This document shows positions 36,382 through 47,243 of a DNA stretch of 64,000 nt, in pieces. Under the pieces are notes generated by a model. It was not told the DNA's origin, searched no databases, and worked only from the letters and a program-made list of their open reading frames with translations. The number at the start of each line of letters is the position of its first letter. Positions within the stretch are counted from its first letter, which is position 1. The DNA is from a virus. The stretch lies in IMG/VR virus record IMGVR_UViG_3300034159_000059; one strand, written 5' to 3'. A program made the translations under genes and the position numbers.

Positions 36382-38787
36382 TCAGCTAACGCCTCCGCCG
36401 GAGCCTCCACCACTTTCTTCGTCTGCGGTGATGATGGCTAGAGCCCGGCCTCCGAAAGCGTCCGTGAAATAGGTATCCCCATGAGGCTCCTGCAAAAGCT
36501 CAAAGTCGAACCCGGAGGATACACCCCAGCGAAGGTATTCCCACTCGGAGATGCAGTAGTTGTGTGAGTTGAAGTTCCCAAAGGCGATGCCCGGTTCTGC
36601 ATCAGTGTCGTCAGGATGAGGAGTGAACTGGTCCCATGGGATCGAGATGAGAGGCGTGTCCATGATGTAGTTCGAACCGTAGACTTCGATTCGGTGGTAT
36701 GGACGGTACACCAAGCGGTAGCTCTTCATCTGCATCCAGTCCGCATCGGTCGAGTACAATCTTCCGATAGCCGTCTGCTGGATGATCTCATCCTCCAGCC
36801 CCCCATTCCCTGGGATGATGCCGATCTTTCGACCATATACCCCACAGTCGAAAAAGCCGATGTGAATGCGGAAAGGGTTGTTCAACGGACTCTCTTGCCT
36901 TCCGAAGAAGACCGTAGCCCCGATCCCTGTCCACTGGTTTGGGGCATTCGAGGCCCCGCTCGCGTCAGTGTAGGAGGACACTCGGGCGCGGAAGTCGAGC
37001 TGGAATCCTCGATGAAGAGTGAAATCCCCCGGGCGGTAGAAGGAGATGCCTCGCCCATCCCCCGGCCCAAAGCTCGTCTTTTCGATGGCGAGTTTGCTGT
37101 CCTGCATCACCGCCGTACCTCCGCCCTCTTCTAGAAGCTCGAAGGAGACGGGGGCTGCTGAAGGGAGGGAGTCTTCCTTCTCCCAGGCCAAGTAGTGATT
37201 CAAATAGTTGATGGAGGCGACGTTGACATCTCCTAGCGTAGGAGCGTTGCTGAGGTGGCCGATATCGATCCGTCCTTGTTGCTGGACGTCGGTAGGGAAC
37301 TCGGAGGCCAAAGGGACAGTCAAGAACGGGGTATCCATGTCCTCGACGAAGAGGCGCAGCTCTCCTCTCCTCCTGTCCACCGTGAGACGGACTAGCTTCA
37401 ACGTTCGGTAATCCACCCACGACATAACATCGTCTGTGCTAGCGGTGTAATAGCCGTGGGCCACATCCCCCGCCAGCCCTGTGTTCTTGACGATGCCGAG
37501 AGAGCGTTGGAGCTCAGTGTCGAGAGCGATGAGCTGAAACACTTGAGCCCCGTCGGATACCCGGATCCCGAGCCCGGTGTCGGCGTTGATGAGGGCATTC
37601 AGCTTCCCTGACATCCACGCTTCGACAGAGAACCCATCCTGCCTAGTCGTCAGCCGTGGCTCTAGGCGAGAGATCCTAGCCTCTCCATGGAGAGCTTCTT
37701 TGTGGATGGTCGCGTAGAGGGGAACGGTCTTCCTCCCAGGCTGGTACCAAAAGCTGATCTCGGGAAGAACTGTACCAGAGACCTGCCACCTCCCGAGACC
37801 TTGGTCCACTGGAAGGCGTTGATCGGTAGCAAAGAAGGAGTAGGGAAGGTCTGGGCGACGTCGGTAGGAGTGAGAGAGCTGCCCCTCTCCATTCATGATC
37901 CCAAGAGGCGCGTAGGGGTAGATCGCCCAGTCCGTGATCTCTACCAGATCCTCGGCGCCTCCCATGTTCCCAAAGTAGAGGGTCGCGCTCAGGCTCGGAC
38001 CGGAACGCCTCTGAGAGAAGGAACTATCTGCGGGTCGAAATTCCCCCAACATGGAGAGAGGGAGCGCAGGATCGATAGGCGTCGGCGCCGAGTCGGAGGG
38101 GTTCTGAACCCAGATCTGCGCAGTCTGGGTACCCGCGTCTATGTAGAAGAAGACGGTGTAGATGTCCCCGTCCGAGAGAGTAGTCCACCCAACTCCCGGG
38201 ATCTCTGTCTCGGCTCCCCGAGCTTGGTTGTATGCGAGGAGGGGGCCTCCTAGAACAAGACTGCCGCCGGCACCATCATCCCTCAAGAAAACGAAGAGGC
38301 CTGTGTTGCGAACACCGTACTCCAGCCCCAGGTAGATGGGGGCGATGTTGTCGAGGTCGCAGACGTAGCGAGAGTCTTTCGACCAAGACGCCCGGACTCG
38401 AAAAGAGACAGAGGCCAGCACAGACCCGTAGGTATCTATGGGGAGCTGGATTTCGTAGACACCTGTATCGACTCCGGAAGAGGTCCCTGGACCAATGTCT
38501 AGAACCGCGCCGTCCGCAAAACGAGGCAGGACGGATGTCGAAGGCTCTCGGCGCTCTGGCGTTCGAACCATCACTGCGACTCTTTTTAGGAGGTCCGTAT
38601 CCTCTTCAGGAAGAACCGCGACTCCTCCAGCAGTTTTCTGTACGATGTTGGAGAAAGCGAGGCGGGCTTGGAGAGACGGGAGAAGCACGTAGCCGGTGTC
38701 AGACTTCAGGCTGAAAAGGAACGGGGTTCCCGGGAGAAGGGGGCTGTTGACGTCTCCGGGAGTGGTGTTTACGAGTCGAAGAGCCAA
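36382..38787 (-). CDS. virion structural protein (801 aa)
   Basis: Long ORF, beta-rich. Confidence 0.55.
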   Translation of the reverse strand: MALRLVNTTPGDVNSPLLPGTPFLFSLKSDTGYVLLPSLQARLAFSNIVQKTAGGVAVLPEEDTDLLKRVAVMVRTPERREPSTSVLPRFADGAVLDIGPGTSSGVDTGVYEIQLPIDTYGSVLASVSFRVRASWSKDSRYVCDLDNIAPIYLGLEYGVRNTGLFVFLRDDGAGGSLVLGGPLLAYNQARGAETEIPGVGWTTLSDGDIYTVFFYIDAGTQTAQIWVQNPSDSAPTPIDPALPLSMLGEFRPADSSFSQRRSGPSLSATLYFGNMGGAEDLVEITDWAIYPYAPLGIMNGEGQLSHSYRRRPDLPYSFFATDQRLPVDQGLGRWQVSGTVLPEISFWYQPGRKTVPLYATIHKEALHGEARISRLEPRLTTRQDGFSVEAWMSGKLNALINADTGLGIRVSDGAQVFQLIALDTELQRSLGIVKNTGLAGDVAHGYYTASTDDVMSWVDYRTLKLVRLTVDRRRGELRLFVEDMDTPFLTVPLASEFPTDVQQQGRIDIGHLSNAPTLGDVNVASINYLNHYLAWEKEDSLPSAAPVSFELLEEGGGTAVMQDSKLAIEKTSFGPGDGRGISFYRPGDFTLHRGFQLDFRARVSSYTDASGASNAPNQWTGIGATVFFGRQESPLNNPFRIHIGFFDCGVYGRKIGIIPGNGGLEDEIIQQTAIGRLYSTDADWMQMKSYRLVYRPYHRIEVYGSNYIMDTPLISIPWDQFTPHPDDTDAEPGIAFGNFNSHNYCISEWEYLRWGVSSGFDFELLQEPHGDTYFTDAFGGRALAIITADEESGGGSGGGVS

Positions 38788-38838
38788 GGCGAGTCCTCTG
38801 ACACCGAGTTGCCGCGATTATACGGAAGGGGGCCCACC

Positions 38839-39147
38839 ATGCACAGCCTCAAGGCGATGGACCAGCAGAGAATCCGAGAGATTCTCGACGCGCGAGACGA
38901 GAAGGGGGAAAAGCTCTACCCGGATGTCTTGACGCCTCTGATGGAGAAGGAAGAAGAGCTCTTCCGGACTGCCTCCTGTCCCAAGTGCGGCGCCATGGCT
39001 CCGACGCCGACCTTGAACACCCATCGCCCTTTCGTACCCAACTCGCCTTTGCCGAACAAGATCCTGCGCTGTGTGACCTGCGGTACGGAGTTCGACCCCA
39101 GGACCGGCCTCATCACCCTGGCGTCGATCATCGACGGGTCAGGTTGA
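38839..39147 (+). CDS. small Zn-ribbon protein encoded on the opposite strand inside the virion operon
   Basis: GGAAGGGGG RBS 8 nt upstream of the ATG. Very strong GC3 bias. CPKCG...CVTCG. Its 3' end overlaps the stop of the 1550-aa minus gene by 20 nt. Confidence 0.5.
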   Translation: MHSLKAMDQQRIREILDARDEKGEKLYPDVLTPLMEKEEELFRTASCPKCGAMAPTPTLNTHRPFVPNSPLPNKILRCVTCGTEFDPRTGLITLASIIDGSG

Positions 39148-42100
39148 TACGCTCCCCTGTTGGGATGTCTGTCAGGCCCGAGACGTCCTGTCCCGGAGAG
39201 AAGAAGGTGACTCGGGGAGAGCCGTTGTAGGGGACCTTGGTGTCTGTCGCAGCGGCCCCGCCGAGCTGATTCTCCGAGAACTCGACCCACATCCGCCTGT
39301 TCCAGTCATAGACCGTAGAGGAGATCTTGGTCGGGGTATCAGGGTTCCCGCTGTGGTTGTCGATGATCTTCTCCATCTCAGAGACGTCCACCGCAGTCTC
39401 GACAGGAAGCTGGTCGATGTAGCTCTGAAGATCCGTAGCGATAGCCCCTGGGCTGTCTCCTCCGGTGTAGGAAGCGTCATAGGAGACGTAGGCCGGCAAG
39501 AAGTGCCGGGACAAGAGACCTGCGGAGAGGACTCGATCGTCGAGAGAGTCGATGAAGTCTTGTACCAGCTCGACCAAAGAGGATCGCTCGTAGGTGATCT
39601 GGACAGGGGATCCCACGACCCTTACCAAACTGTCTGTGGAGTCCGGACTTCCGACCGGCAAGATGTTGATGGGCAGATCGAGGAACCCGTCCTCCAGCAT
39701 CGAGTAGGTGAAGTTCGGATCCTTCACCGCGTGTCGGTAGCCGATCGAGTTGTACGTCCCTTCGTCTGTAGTGAGGTAGCTATCCTGCGCCAAGTTCGAC
39801 TGCTCGGAAGGAGCCAGTGAGACGATCTCCGTGTCAAAGTAGTAGAGAAAGCCCTCACGGTTCTGGCTCATCTCGGTCGAGGTGATGCGTCGAACGTTGG
39901 GGCGGTAGATTCGGTACGGCTGCCTCACTCCTTGCCGAAGCGTGTCGGTTGGCGCGATCGCTCCTCCCGAGACCGAAGCGTCATGCAAGATGCTCTGGAA
40001 CGTGAAGTCCGTAGCGACAGCTTCGTAGATGCGAATCGGAACTGCTCCCACAAGCTCCGTACCTGTCGGAGCTGTGGTGGGAGGGGGAACGTCTCTTGAG
40101 ATGTTGGAAGGAGCGGTGCTGGGCGCCGTAGTGGTGATCCACCGGACGGTTCCTTCTTCCGTCGAAGGATTATTGAACTGAGTCTGGCTCGGCGTCTGCA
40201 CCTTGATGGCTGTACCGAAACCACTGATGTCTTTGTTGTACACCTGGAGGATGGGGAAAGACCCCATCCAACGGTAGTCCATTCCGAAGAGGGTGATGTA
40301 GCTTCCGACGTCGGAGTCGTCCCAAGGACGGTCTCCCGAGCTGGCCACCACTACGTTGGCCCCCGTTGCGTAGATCCCTCCTGCATCATAGAAGTAGTCG
40401 CCCCCCGCCCCCTGCTTCGAGATGAGAGAGGTTGATCCTTGCAGCACTCGATCGACGAGCACGTTCCTGCCGTCGATGTATCGAGTGATGTGGTAACCCC
40501 CTTGGTCCGAGCCCTCTTCGATGAAGAGCAGGTTTCCGACCATGGATGCCGTGAAGACTGTGTCGGCCGAGTCAGGAGCAGTGAGCTGCTGAGAACCCGC
40601 ACTCGTCTGAACCACTGCCTGCTGAAGCCTTGTGGTGTAGAGAAATACCTCCTCACGCACGGAGAGGACATCCCCAGGACGTACTCCGGCAGAGAAGATG
40701 GAGAGGCGCGACGAGTCGGCAAAGACCGGGTTGGCTTGGTCGGATGGATCCAAGTCTCTCGGATACGATGTCGGATCTGCATCCGAGGTAAGCCGAGGAG
40801 GGACCACCTCGTACTGAGTGTAGCGAAGTGGATCTGGACGGAACTTCGCGAAATCGCCTGTCGAAGTCTTGTACGACCTGGTCGTCACCAGGTCGGCGTC
40901 TCCCGTCTTCTCTTCGAATAGAGTCGGCTCTCTGAAGTAGGTTCGAAGGACGCCGCGGGCAGGCAGGCCCCAGTCGTAGTAGCACGCGGACATTGCGTCT
41001 ACGACGCCTTGGAGTTCCTCTCCAGAGGGAGGATCTGAGATCCCCCCATCGACGAGAGCGTTGTAGACCTTCTCTCCCAGGGAGGCGTACCAGTTCTGGA
41101 AGAAGGTCGGGAACGGGATAGGGAGCGAGACGTCTCCAGAAGTGAGACCGATCGACTCCCCGTGCTCCATCAAGAACTCGATGAGGCGCTTTGTTGGATC
41201 GACAGGGAAAGTGCCGTAGATCTGGAGGAAGTACACGTAACACGTCTTGGGCGCGGAATCGCCTAGTAGCGACGGATGCGGGACGTTGCCTCCTACGGAG
41301 TACTTGAACTTGTGGACCGCCTTGATGAGGTAGCTTCCCTTGTTCGGCCCATTCTTGATCGTGAAACACTCTCCAGGATTGGGATCGATGGGTGGCGTGT
41401 TCACAGCGTCATCGAAACTCTCCGTGGTAGCCATGAAGAAGCTGGTCTTCCCTTGAGAGTCTGAGCGGAAGTCGAGCTCTGCCTGGCTGCCATCAGGAAA
41501 GATGACCGGGAGGTAGATCCCGTCCGGAGAATCGAAACCCATCGAGTAGCGCCGATCGCCTGAGTCTGCGGCCGTGCTTGAAAAGCTGTCGAGCAAGGTA
41601 GAGAGGTCAGGAAGGACGTACCCGGAGGCAAGCTGGCTGGATCCCAGAACCTTCGCGGAGGTGAGGGGTCCTGTCGGAATCACTGCTGCCGGATCGGCTG
41701 GGGGGATGGTGAGGCCAGTAGACTGCTTCGCTGAATCCAGGAGCAGAAGTTCCCGAACGCGGACCAGCGGCCGAATGACGGACTCCAGGGGTGTGAAGAC
41801 TTCGAAGGGAATGTTGAAACTCGTCGCAGTGAGCTTCCGATCGAGGTAGATGCCCTGGCCGCCGAGCTTGGAATCAAACGACTGGATGGTGTAGTCCCCT
41901 ACATCCAGACCTTCGAGAACCCTTACAGTGTCACCGACACGAGCTCCGAATTGGAGAAGATCGTTCTGCGCAGTGGTGATGAGGTTCGATCCGATGGTAG
42001 TGCGCAGATCTCGTTGCTCTGCATCACCGAACGGGAACCTGACGATACGGGCTTCGAAAGGGTTGATGCGGATCTGCTTGAGGACGCGGTACCGCAAGCC

Positions 42101-43780
42101 ATTCACCGGACTCGCTGCCGTGAGCTTCTGGTTCAGATAGAGGTTCCCAGAATCGTCCATGTCCCCGATGACGTAGAGACCGGCATCAGATCCTTCTTCG
42201 ATCGATAGAACGTCTCCGAGATCTACTCCTGCGGCCTCGAACGCGAAGTCAGGGGATAGGTCATGAACGATGTTGGAGCCGCTTACGGTTAGCAGGCCCA
42301 GGCGCTCTAGAAAGAAGTGCGGGTTCTGGGTAGTAGATCCCAGCTTCCCTAGATCGTAGACCCCATCGACGACGGCTTTGGTGGTGTCTTGTGTGGTCGG
42401 TCGGACATAGATGTCGCTTCGGCCGAAGATGTGAACGGACTGGTTATCGACGGTGAGGCTCACATCCCCGATATCTGGGATGGATGTGACGTGAATTGTC
42501 CCCTTCTTCGTGAAGCCTCCTTCGAAGGACAAGGGGAGAGTGTCCAAGAAGGACTGAACGTTGGTGACTCCGAATGTCAAAGAGAGGACAGCGTCCGGAT
42601 CCTCCCAACGAACGAAGTACCCTGTCTGGAACTCTCCGGTAGACGCACGGGGGCCGAAGAGAAGCTCTGCCACCTTCAGGCGAACGAAGCGGCGAGCTTG
42701 GGGGACTCCATCAAACTGGCCCGTCTCTCCGGCTCCGAACATGCGTGACACACTGCTCCCGCCCCCTCCAACAGAAACCTTGGGGAGGTAGAAGTAGAGG
42801 GTATCCCCCGTCTGAGGGATCGCGCTCTCTTCTCCCTCAATAGTACGAGCTCGGACATAGGCCACCTGCTTGTAGAGCTCGACTACTCCAGTGATCCAGG
42901 CATGTCCTGGGGACGCGGCAACAAGGATGTCCCGCTGCATCTCCGCATCCTTGGCTCCAACCACTTGAACTGAGCGAAGTGCTCCCTTGAAGACCGTATT
43001 GAGCCGAGCTCTCGCTCCGCGACGAGTCACCAGGGAGCGCTCGGTGAGGGACTCTTCCGCAGCCGATGCGAAGGAGATCGTGTCTTGCCTGTCGGTTCCT
43101 CCTGTGAAGGCCCGAAGGTTGGAGACCTTGATGACGTTCGGAACCCCCTCGATGCCTGAGATCTCGTCGATGCCGATGTTGTAGGAGGAGCCTGCGTTCT
43201 CCGCACGGAGGGGAACGTCCATGTAAAAGAACGAGCCGTCCCGATTGAACGCCATCGACTCCGCAGAGCTGACCACTGGATTCGTCGGGAAGAAATTCAG
43301 GTTCGAACCACTGTAAACGCGATTCGCGACGTCGATCCGAACATCGGTAGGGTTGGCGAAATAGAGCCGGACGGCACCAACGGCGTAGCCACCCTGGTCC
43401 CGAGAGTCGAAGAAGTTTGCGATGAGAGCATCCGCGTCCTCATCCGACAAGACAGAAGGATCGACGAGAGACTGGTTCTTCTTGATCGTCTGCACCTCTC
43501 GCTTGAAAGGCTCCAGAATGATGCGGAGAGGGTTGATGAAGATGTCCCTCAACGCCCCTGGATCGTTGGCGTAGATGTCAGGGAACTCTTGAGCGAAACG
43601 ATCGGTGACGAACGTATCGATGTCCGTCTCGAAAGGATCCGTGCCCAGGTAGGAGAGGACAGGATGGATGAACTTCGTCTGCGCTGCGGACCCGGGAGAT
43701 ATGTCCGTGGTCGGGTCAAGCGCGACGAGACGGTCTTCTAGAAACTGCTGGAGGTCGGCGCTGGCCATGAGGTCACCCAA
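39128..43780 (-). CDS. giant virion structural protein (1550 aa), possibly baseplate-associated
   Basis: Long biased ORF. Confidence 0.55.
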   Translation of the reverse strand: MGDLMASADLQQFLEDRLVALDPTTDISPGSAAQTKFIHPVLSYLGTDPFETDIDTFVTDRFAQEFPDIYANDPGALRDIFINPLRIILEPFKREVQTIKKNQSLVDPSVLSDEDADALIANFFDSRDQGGYAVGAVRLYFANPTDVRIDVANRVYSGSNLNFFPTNPVVSSAESMAFNRDGSFFYMDVPLRAENAGSSYNIGIDEISGIEGVPNVIKVSNLRAFTGGTDRQDTISFASAAEESLTERSLVTRRGARARLNTVFKGALRSVQVVGAKDAEMQRDILVAASPGHAWITGVVELYKQVAYVRARTIEGEESAIPQTGDTLYFYLPKVSVGGGGSSVSRMFGAGETGQFDGVPQARRFVRLKVAELLFGPRASTGEFQTGYFVRWEDPDAVLSLTFGVTNVQSFLDTLPLSFEGGFTKKGTIHVTSIPDIGDVSLTVDNQSVHIFGRSDIYVRPTTQDTTKAVVDGVYDLGKLGSTTQNPHFFLERLGLLTVSGSNIVHDLSPDFAFEAAGVDLGDVLSIEEGSDAGLYVIGDMDDSGNLYLNQKLTAASPVNGLRYRVLKQIRINPFEARIVRFPFGDAEQRDLRTTIGSNLITTAQNDLLQFGARVGDTVRVLEGLDVGDYTIQSFDSKLGGQGIYLDRKLTATSFNIPFEVFTPLESVIRPLVRVRELLLLDSAKQSTGLTIPPADPAAVIPTGPLTSAKVLGSSQLASGYVLPDLSTLLDSFSSTAADSGDRRYSMGFDSPDGIYLPVIFPDGSQAELDFRSDSQGKTSFFMATTESFDDAVNTPPIDPNPGECFTIKNGPNKGSYLIKAVHKFKYSVGGNVPHPSLLGDSAPKTCYVYFLQIYGTFPVDPTKRLIEFLMEHGESIGLTSGDVSLPIPFPTFFQNWYASLGEKVYNALVDGGISDPPSGEELQGVVDAMSACYYDWGLPARGVLRTYFREPTLFEEKTGDADLVTTRSYKTSTGDFAKFRPDPLRYTQYEVVPPRLTSDADPTSYPRDLDPSDQANPVFADSSRLSIFSAGVRPGDVLSVREEVFLYTTRLQQAVVQTSAGSQQLTAPDSADTVFTASMVGNLLFIEEGSDQGGYHITRYIDGRNVLVDRVLQGSTSLISKQGAGGDYFYDAGGIYATGANVVVASSGDRPWDDSDVGSYITLFGMDYRWMGSFPILQVYNKDISGFGTAIKVQTPSQTQFNNPSTEEGTVRWITTTAPSTAPSNISRDVPPPTTAPTGTELVGAVPIRIYEAVATDFTFQSILHDASVSGGAIAPTDTLRQGVRQPYRIYRPNVRRITSTEMSQNREGFLYYFDTEIVSLAPSEQSNLAQDSYLTTDEGTYNSIGYRHAVKDPNFTYSMLEDGFLDLPINILPVGSPDSTDSLVRVVGSPVQITYERSSLVELVQDFIDSLDDRVLSAGLLSRHFLPAYVSYDASYTGGDSPGAIATDLQSYIDQLPVETAVDVSEMEKIIDNHSGNPDTPTKISSTVYDWNRRMWVEFSENQLGGAAATDTKVPYNGSPRVTFFSPGQDVSGLTDIPTGERINLTRR

Positions 43781-44420
43781 CGGTTACGGAAGCAGACCCA
43801 CCGAGCACGTTCTTGAGATCAACGACGGCGGTAAGGCTGGTGGTCTGCTGATCAAATGTCACATCTGAGAGAGATGCGGAGAGAAGACGTTCCGCAGGGG
43901 GGATGTTGGAGTTCTTCGCTTGCTGACGAAGGAGCTGCTGTTTTGTCTTCTCCACAGCAAGAGAGAGCTCTGACACGGCATTGCTCTCACTGGAAGACGC
44001 GGGCTGCCCGATGACAGACCTCGCCCCGCCTCCCGCTGTCTGGTTGAAAATGTCTGATCCTGGGTTGGTCAAGAAGATGAGTAGCCACTCTTGGACCAAC
44101 CGATCGATTCCTTCCACAGTCCTGACAGGTCTGTTGATGCCGAGCGAGATCATGGCATCGAGCTTTGACACGGACACGGGGGCCAGAACCCGTAGGTCTC
44201 GCAAGGCTTGCCCGACTTGAGAATCCGGAATGCGAGCAATGATTCGAGTCGGAGAAGTGATGATGAACTCGGAGACCCCCAACCCGTTGTACGTGATCTC
44301 GTCTGCGGTGTTGAGCCTTTCTCCGAGGATGACGATCGCTGGAGGAGAAAAGTTCCGTACAGGAGCCACAGAGGCTACCTTGAGGAGAGACTTGGCTTGG
44401 ACAACGCGAAAGTCTCTCAT
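43773..44420 (-). CDS. virion structural protein
   Basis: 215 aa, coupled to neighbours. Confidence 0.45.
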   Translation of the reverse strand: MRDFRVVQAKSLLKVASVAPVRNFSPPAIVILGERLNTADEITYNGLGVSEFIITSPTRIIARIPDSQVGQALRDLRVLAPVSVSKLDAMISLGINRPVRTVEGIDRLVQEWLLIFLTNPGSDIFNQTAGGGARSVIGQPASSSESNAVSELSLAVEKTKQQLLRQQAKNSNIPPAERLLSASLSDVTFDQQTTSLTAVVDLKNVLGGSASVTVG

Positions 44421-44734
44421 CCGACCTTCTCCGGGTTGAGCCCAAGTGCTTCAAGTTTTGTGGGGTCGCTTCCTGCGTCACTCACGGCCTGAACGACTCT
44501 ATCGATTCCCTGAGAAATGGTATCGAGCATGGAAAGCTTCGACATGCGGACGTCGATGGTGTTTCCGGAGGCGCCAAGGAGAGCTCTTGAGGCGCCTCCT
44601 TGGATGGCGTCGATCTGCTGCTGAATGAGGTGATCGAGAGTCAACGCGGCAGTGGCTCTATTTGCCTCGACCCCTCGCACGAAGGAGTAGCTCGCCTGAA
44701 GAAGCTCTTGGATGCTAGAGGGAGTAGCCATCAA
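44417..44734 (-). CDS. small virion/baseplate-type protein
   Basis: 105 aa, ATGA-coupled. Confidence 0.4.
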   Translation of the reverse strand: MMATPSSIQELLQASYSFVRGVEANRATAALTLDHLIQQQIDAIQGGASRALLGASGNTIDVRMSKLSMLDTISQGIDRVVQAVSDAGSDPTKLEALGLNPEKVG

Positions 44735-46800
44735 GCATGCCCCGCAGAGATAGAAGAAGGGGCGTCCGAGTCAGAAGTATCTTCGTCGAGGAAATTCGCT
44801 TGAGCGAATCCGGAAGCTGCTCGCATGAAGTTGCCGCCATAGGAGGCTTGATCAGCATCCATCCCAAGCAAGGCTTGGACGTCACACTTCAAGAGAAGAT
44901 CGGCCGCCCGGTCGTAGTGTCTCTCCTGAAGGGTTGTCAAGATGCCCTCAACGATCTGTCGTTCTTCCAGAGCTGCTCCATCTGGCAGCATTGTCGACGG
45001 GTCTGAGAGCAGGTTCAATAGAGAAGAAAGCTCATCCTCTAGACTCTGTGCCTCCCGAATGGCTGTGTTGCGCTGCCCTGGGGCCGAGGAAGCTTCTAGA
45101 GGGGCGATGGTTCGATCCAACTTGTTGAGGTCAGAGGCGTAAGAGAGGCTTCCCCAACGACGAACGAAGTTCTTCAAGGTCGAAATGAGGCTGTCGTAGG
45201 CCAGAGTCAGAGAGCTGATTCCCGCGACGGGGCCTGTTCGAGTCGGTAGAAGGGCGTCGATGGTGACGCTCTCTTGTCTCACGTCGATGATGGTGTGCGT
45301 CGAGGTTTCCCCGAACACCAGACGATCTCCCACCTGAACGATCTCTCGATGGTCAGTTACTCCAACAAGGCTGACCACATCAGACATCGCTGCGAAGGTT
45401 CCTGTGAGCCCGAACGAAGCCGGAGTGAGTAGAGTGAGAGTCGTCCCGGGAGCTGACTCCAGCGAGACCACTTGCACTTGGCCACTGTGGAGGGCGGTGG
45501 CTGATATAAGGGTGAAGAGCGAATTCACCGCATCAGCAACGACTTGAGCCGAGAGCGTTCGAAGGCCTACTTGCCCGACTGCGAATCCGAGCCCAGTGTG
45601 CGCGCTGAGAGCGGTGTAGGAGGGAACTTCTGTCGTCGTCTCGGAAGCAGTGCTCCAGTACACAGACAGGACCGCAACCTTCGTAGCTCCCGAGAAGTAG
45701 AGAACCCAACGCGAAGGGTCATGGGCAAACTGCGAGACAGTGACGAATCCTAGTGCTTGGGAGGTCACCGCTGAACAGAGTGCCGACACAGATGCGAAGG
45801 TCCCAGAAATCGGGATTCGCTTCTGGACTCCGTCAACGGACACGAAGAGGCCGTAGCTGGCTGGGATCGTGAGAGGAAACGTGATGGGGGAGGAGACCAG
45901 GATGGCGGCACTCTCTGCGAAGAAACTAGAGGACTCACTCCTGCCATTCACGGTGACGGTAAACACAGGACTCACTCCTAGGAGGAACGGTCCTTGGGCA
46001 CTCGTAACCTGCACCTGCGACGCGGCACTCGAAGCCGCCGTGCCGAACGGGAAGAGGGTGTCTAGGGGAGATGGAGGGGAGGCGATGCTTTTGATAGTCT
46101 CCCTGCTCCCGATGAGACGGATGGCGTAGTCTCTGGCCGGAGACGGATCCCCGGCCGCCTCGACCTGGTTGATGATGGATTCGAGGTCGAGACGAGCTCT
46201 TGCAATGGTGGAGGTGCCTATGAGGGCGTTGAAGGGGGCAGAGAGGAAGTTGTCGATCCCGACGGTAAGGTTGTAGAGCCGATCCAAGGTGTCCGCGTGT
46301 TGCTCCTTCAGAGCCTGCATCTCCGCTACTAGGTCGAGGTGTGCCTCCGCTGAAGGACGAACGAGTTCGTCGGATCCTTTGCGACGGACATTCCTTGAAA
46401 GCTCGTCTTCGAGGAACGAGTCGACCGACTTCGAATAGAGCTGGAGGGGAACCGCCTCCGAACTCATCCGTGGAAGCTTCTCCAACTGAAGCAGTGCGGT
46501 GCGGGCCTGTTGGAGAGTCGCGGCTCCCTGAATCTTGAAGGATGTGTTGCCGAGATCTTGGATGTCCTTCTTGAGTTGTTCCAAGAGGGAGATCTCGTCC
46601 TGGACCGATCTCTGAAGACCATTTCTAGCCAGCAGCGCGAAGTAGAGAGCGCTACGAGGTTTCAGAAGGAGGTTGAGCGCGACGGACTCAAAGACAGCCG
46701 TGGCCTCTATGGTGGAGTTGGTGACTCCACCAGTCTTGCCCTCGGCAACGCTTCTAGAAAGTAGCGAGGAGACATGGTCATCTAGAGAAGTCACCGCCAT
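44731..46800 (-). CDS. virion structural protein (689 aa)
   Basis: Start moved to Met (MAVTSLDD...) at 46800, coupled with the upstream stop. The listed 71-aa Arg-rich extension is rejected. Confidence 0.5.
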   Translation of the reverse strand: MAVTSLDDHVSSLLSRSVAEGKTGGVTNSTIEATAVFESVALNLLLKPRSALYFALLARNGLQRSVQDEISLLEQLKKDIQDLGNTSFKIQGAATLQQARTALLQLEKLPRMSSEAVPLQLYSKSVDSFLEDELSRNVRRKGSDELVRPSAEAHLDLVAEMQALKEQHADTLDRLYNLTVGIDNFLSAPFNALIGTSTIARARLDLESIINQVEAAGDPSPARDYAIRLIGSRETIKSIASPPSPLDTLFPFGTAASSAASQVQVTSAQGPFLLGVSPVFTVTVNGRSESSSFFAESAAILVSSPITFPLTIPASYGLFVSVDGVQKRIPISGTFASVSALCSAVTSQALGFVTVSQFAHDPSRWVLYFSGATKVAVLSVYWSTASETTTEVPSYTALSAHTGLGFAVGQVGLRTLSAQVVADAVNSLFTLISATALHSGQVQVVSLESAPGTTLTLLTPASFGLTGTFAAMSDVVSLVGVTDHREIVQVGDRLVFGETSTHTIIDVRQESVTIDALLPTRTGPVAGISSLTLAYDSLISTLKNFVRRWGSLSYASDLNKLDRTIAPLEASSAPGQRNTAIREAQSLEDELSSLLNLLSDPSTMLPDGAALEERQIVEGILTTLQERHYDRAADLLLKCDVQALLGMDADQASYGGNFMRAASGFAQANFLDEDTSDSDAPSSISAGHA

Positions 46801-47243
46801 CAGGCATCCTCGTCCTCGTCCATGTTCTCGATAAGACGTCGCTCCGCTTCGAGAATGGGGACTCCGCCACCTTCTCGCTCTAGGTGTTCGATCTTCGCCA
46901 CATGTTCCTTCGTGAGAGTCTGCACCCAATGACGGATCTTGTCCGGAGGGAGATCCACCAGGTGACAGACGTTTTCGAAGGAGTTGAAGAGCTGAGAAGG
47001 CTGGAAGAGCCACTTGTAGGCCTTCTCAGCTTCCTTGCGGGACTCCAGTTTCATCGCGTCTCGGTAAGAGACCCAATCAAAGGCCGCGCGGATGATGACC
47101 TTCATCCACAGCGCTCTGTAGCCGACATACCGGTCAACCCCGCGCTGGGCAGAGTCGTAACTGATATTCGGCCCCTTCGTGCATCGAAAGACCACCGCCG
47201 GGATGTGCTTCTGGATGATCTTGGCAAGAGCTTGTTGAGTCAT
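46800..47243 (-). CDS. hypothetical protein with acidic C-terminus
   Basis: 147 aa. Confidence 0.45.
   Translation of the reverse strand: MTQQALAKIIQKHIPAVVFRCTKGPNISYDSAQRGVDRYVGYRALWMKVIIRAAFDWVSYRDAMKLESRKEAEKAYKWLFQPSQLFNSFENVCHLVDLPPDKIRHWVQTLTKEHVAKIEHLEREGGGVPILEAERRLIENMDEDEDA

Noticed and set aside
38818-39024. 68-aa minus-strand ORF in the gap between giant virion genes
   Set aside because: Its translation is low-complexity. The + strand Zn-ribbon ORF in the same region has far better codon bias and an RBS.
46801-47013. 71-aa N-terminal extension of the 760-aa minus ORF
   Set aside because: It is Arg-rich and overlaps the 147-aa gene. The internal Met gives start/stop coupling.
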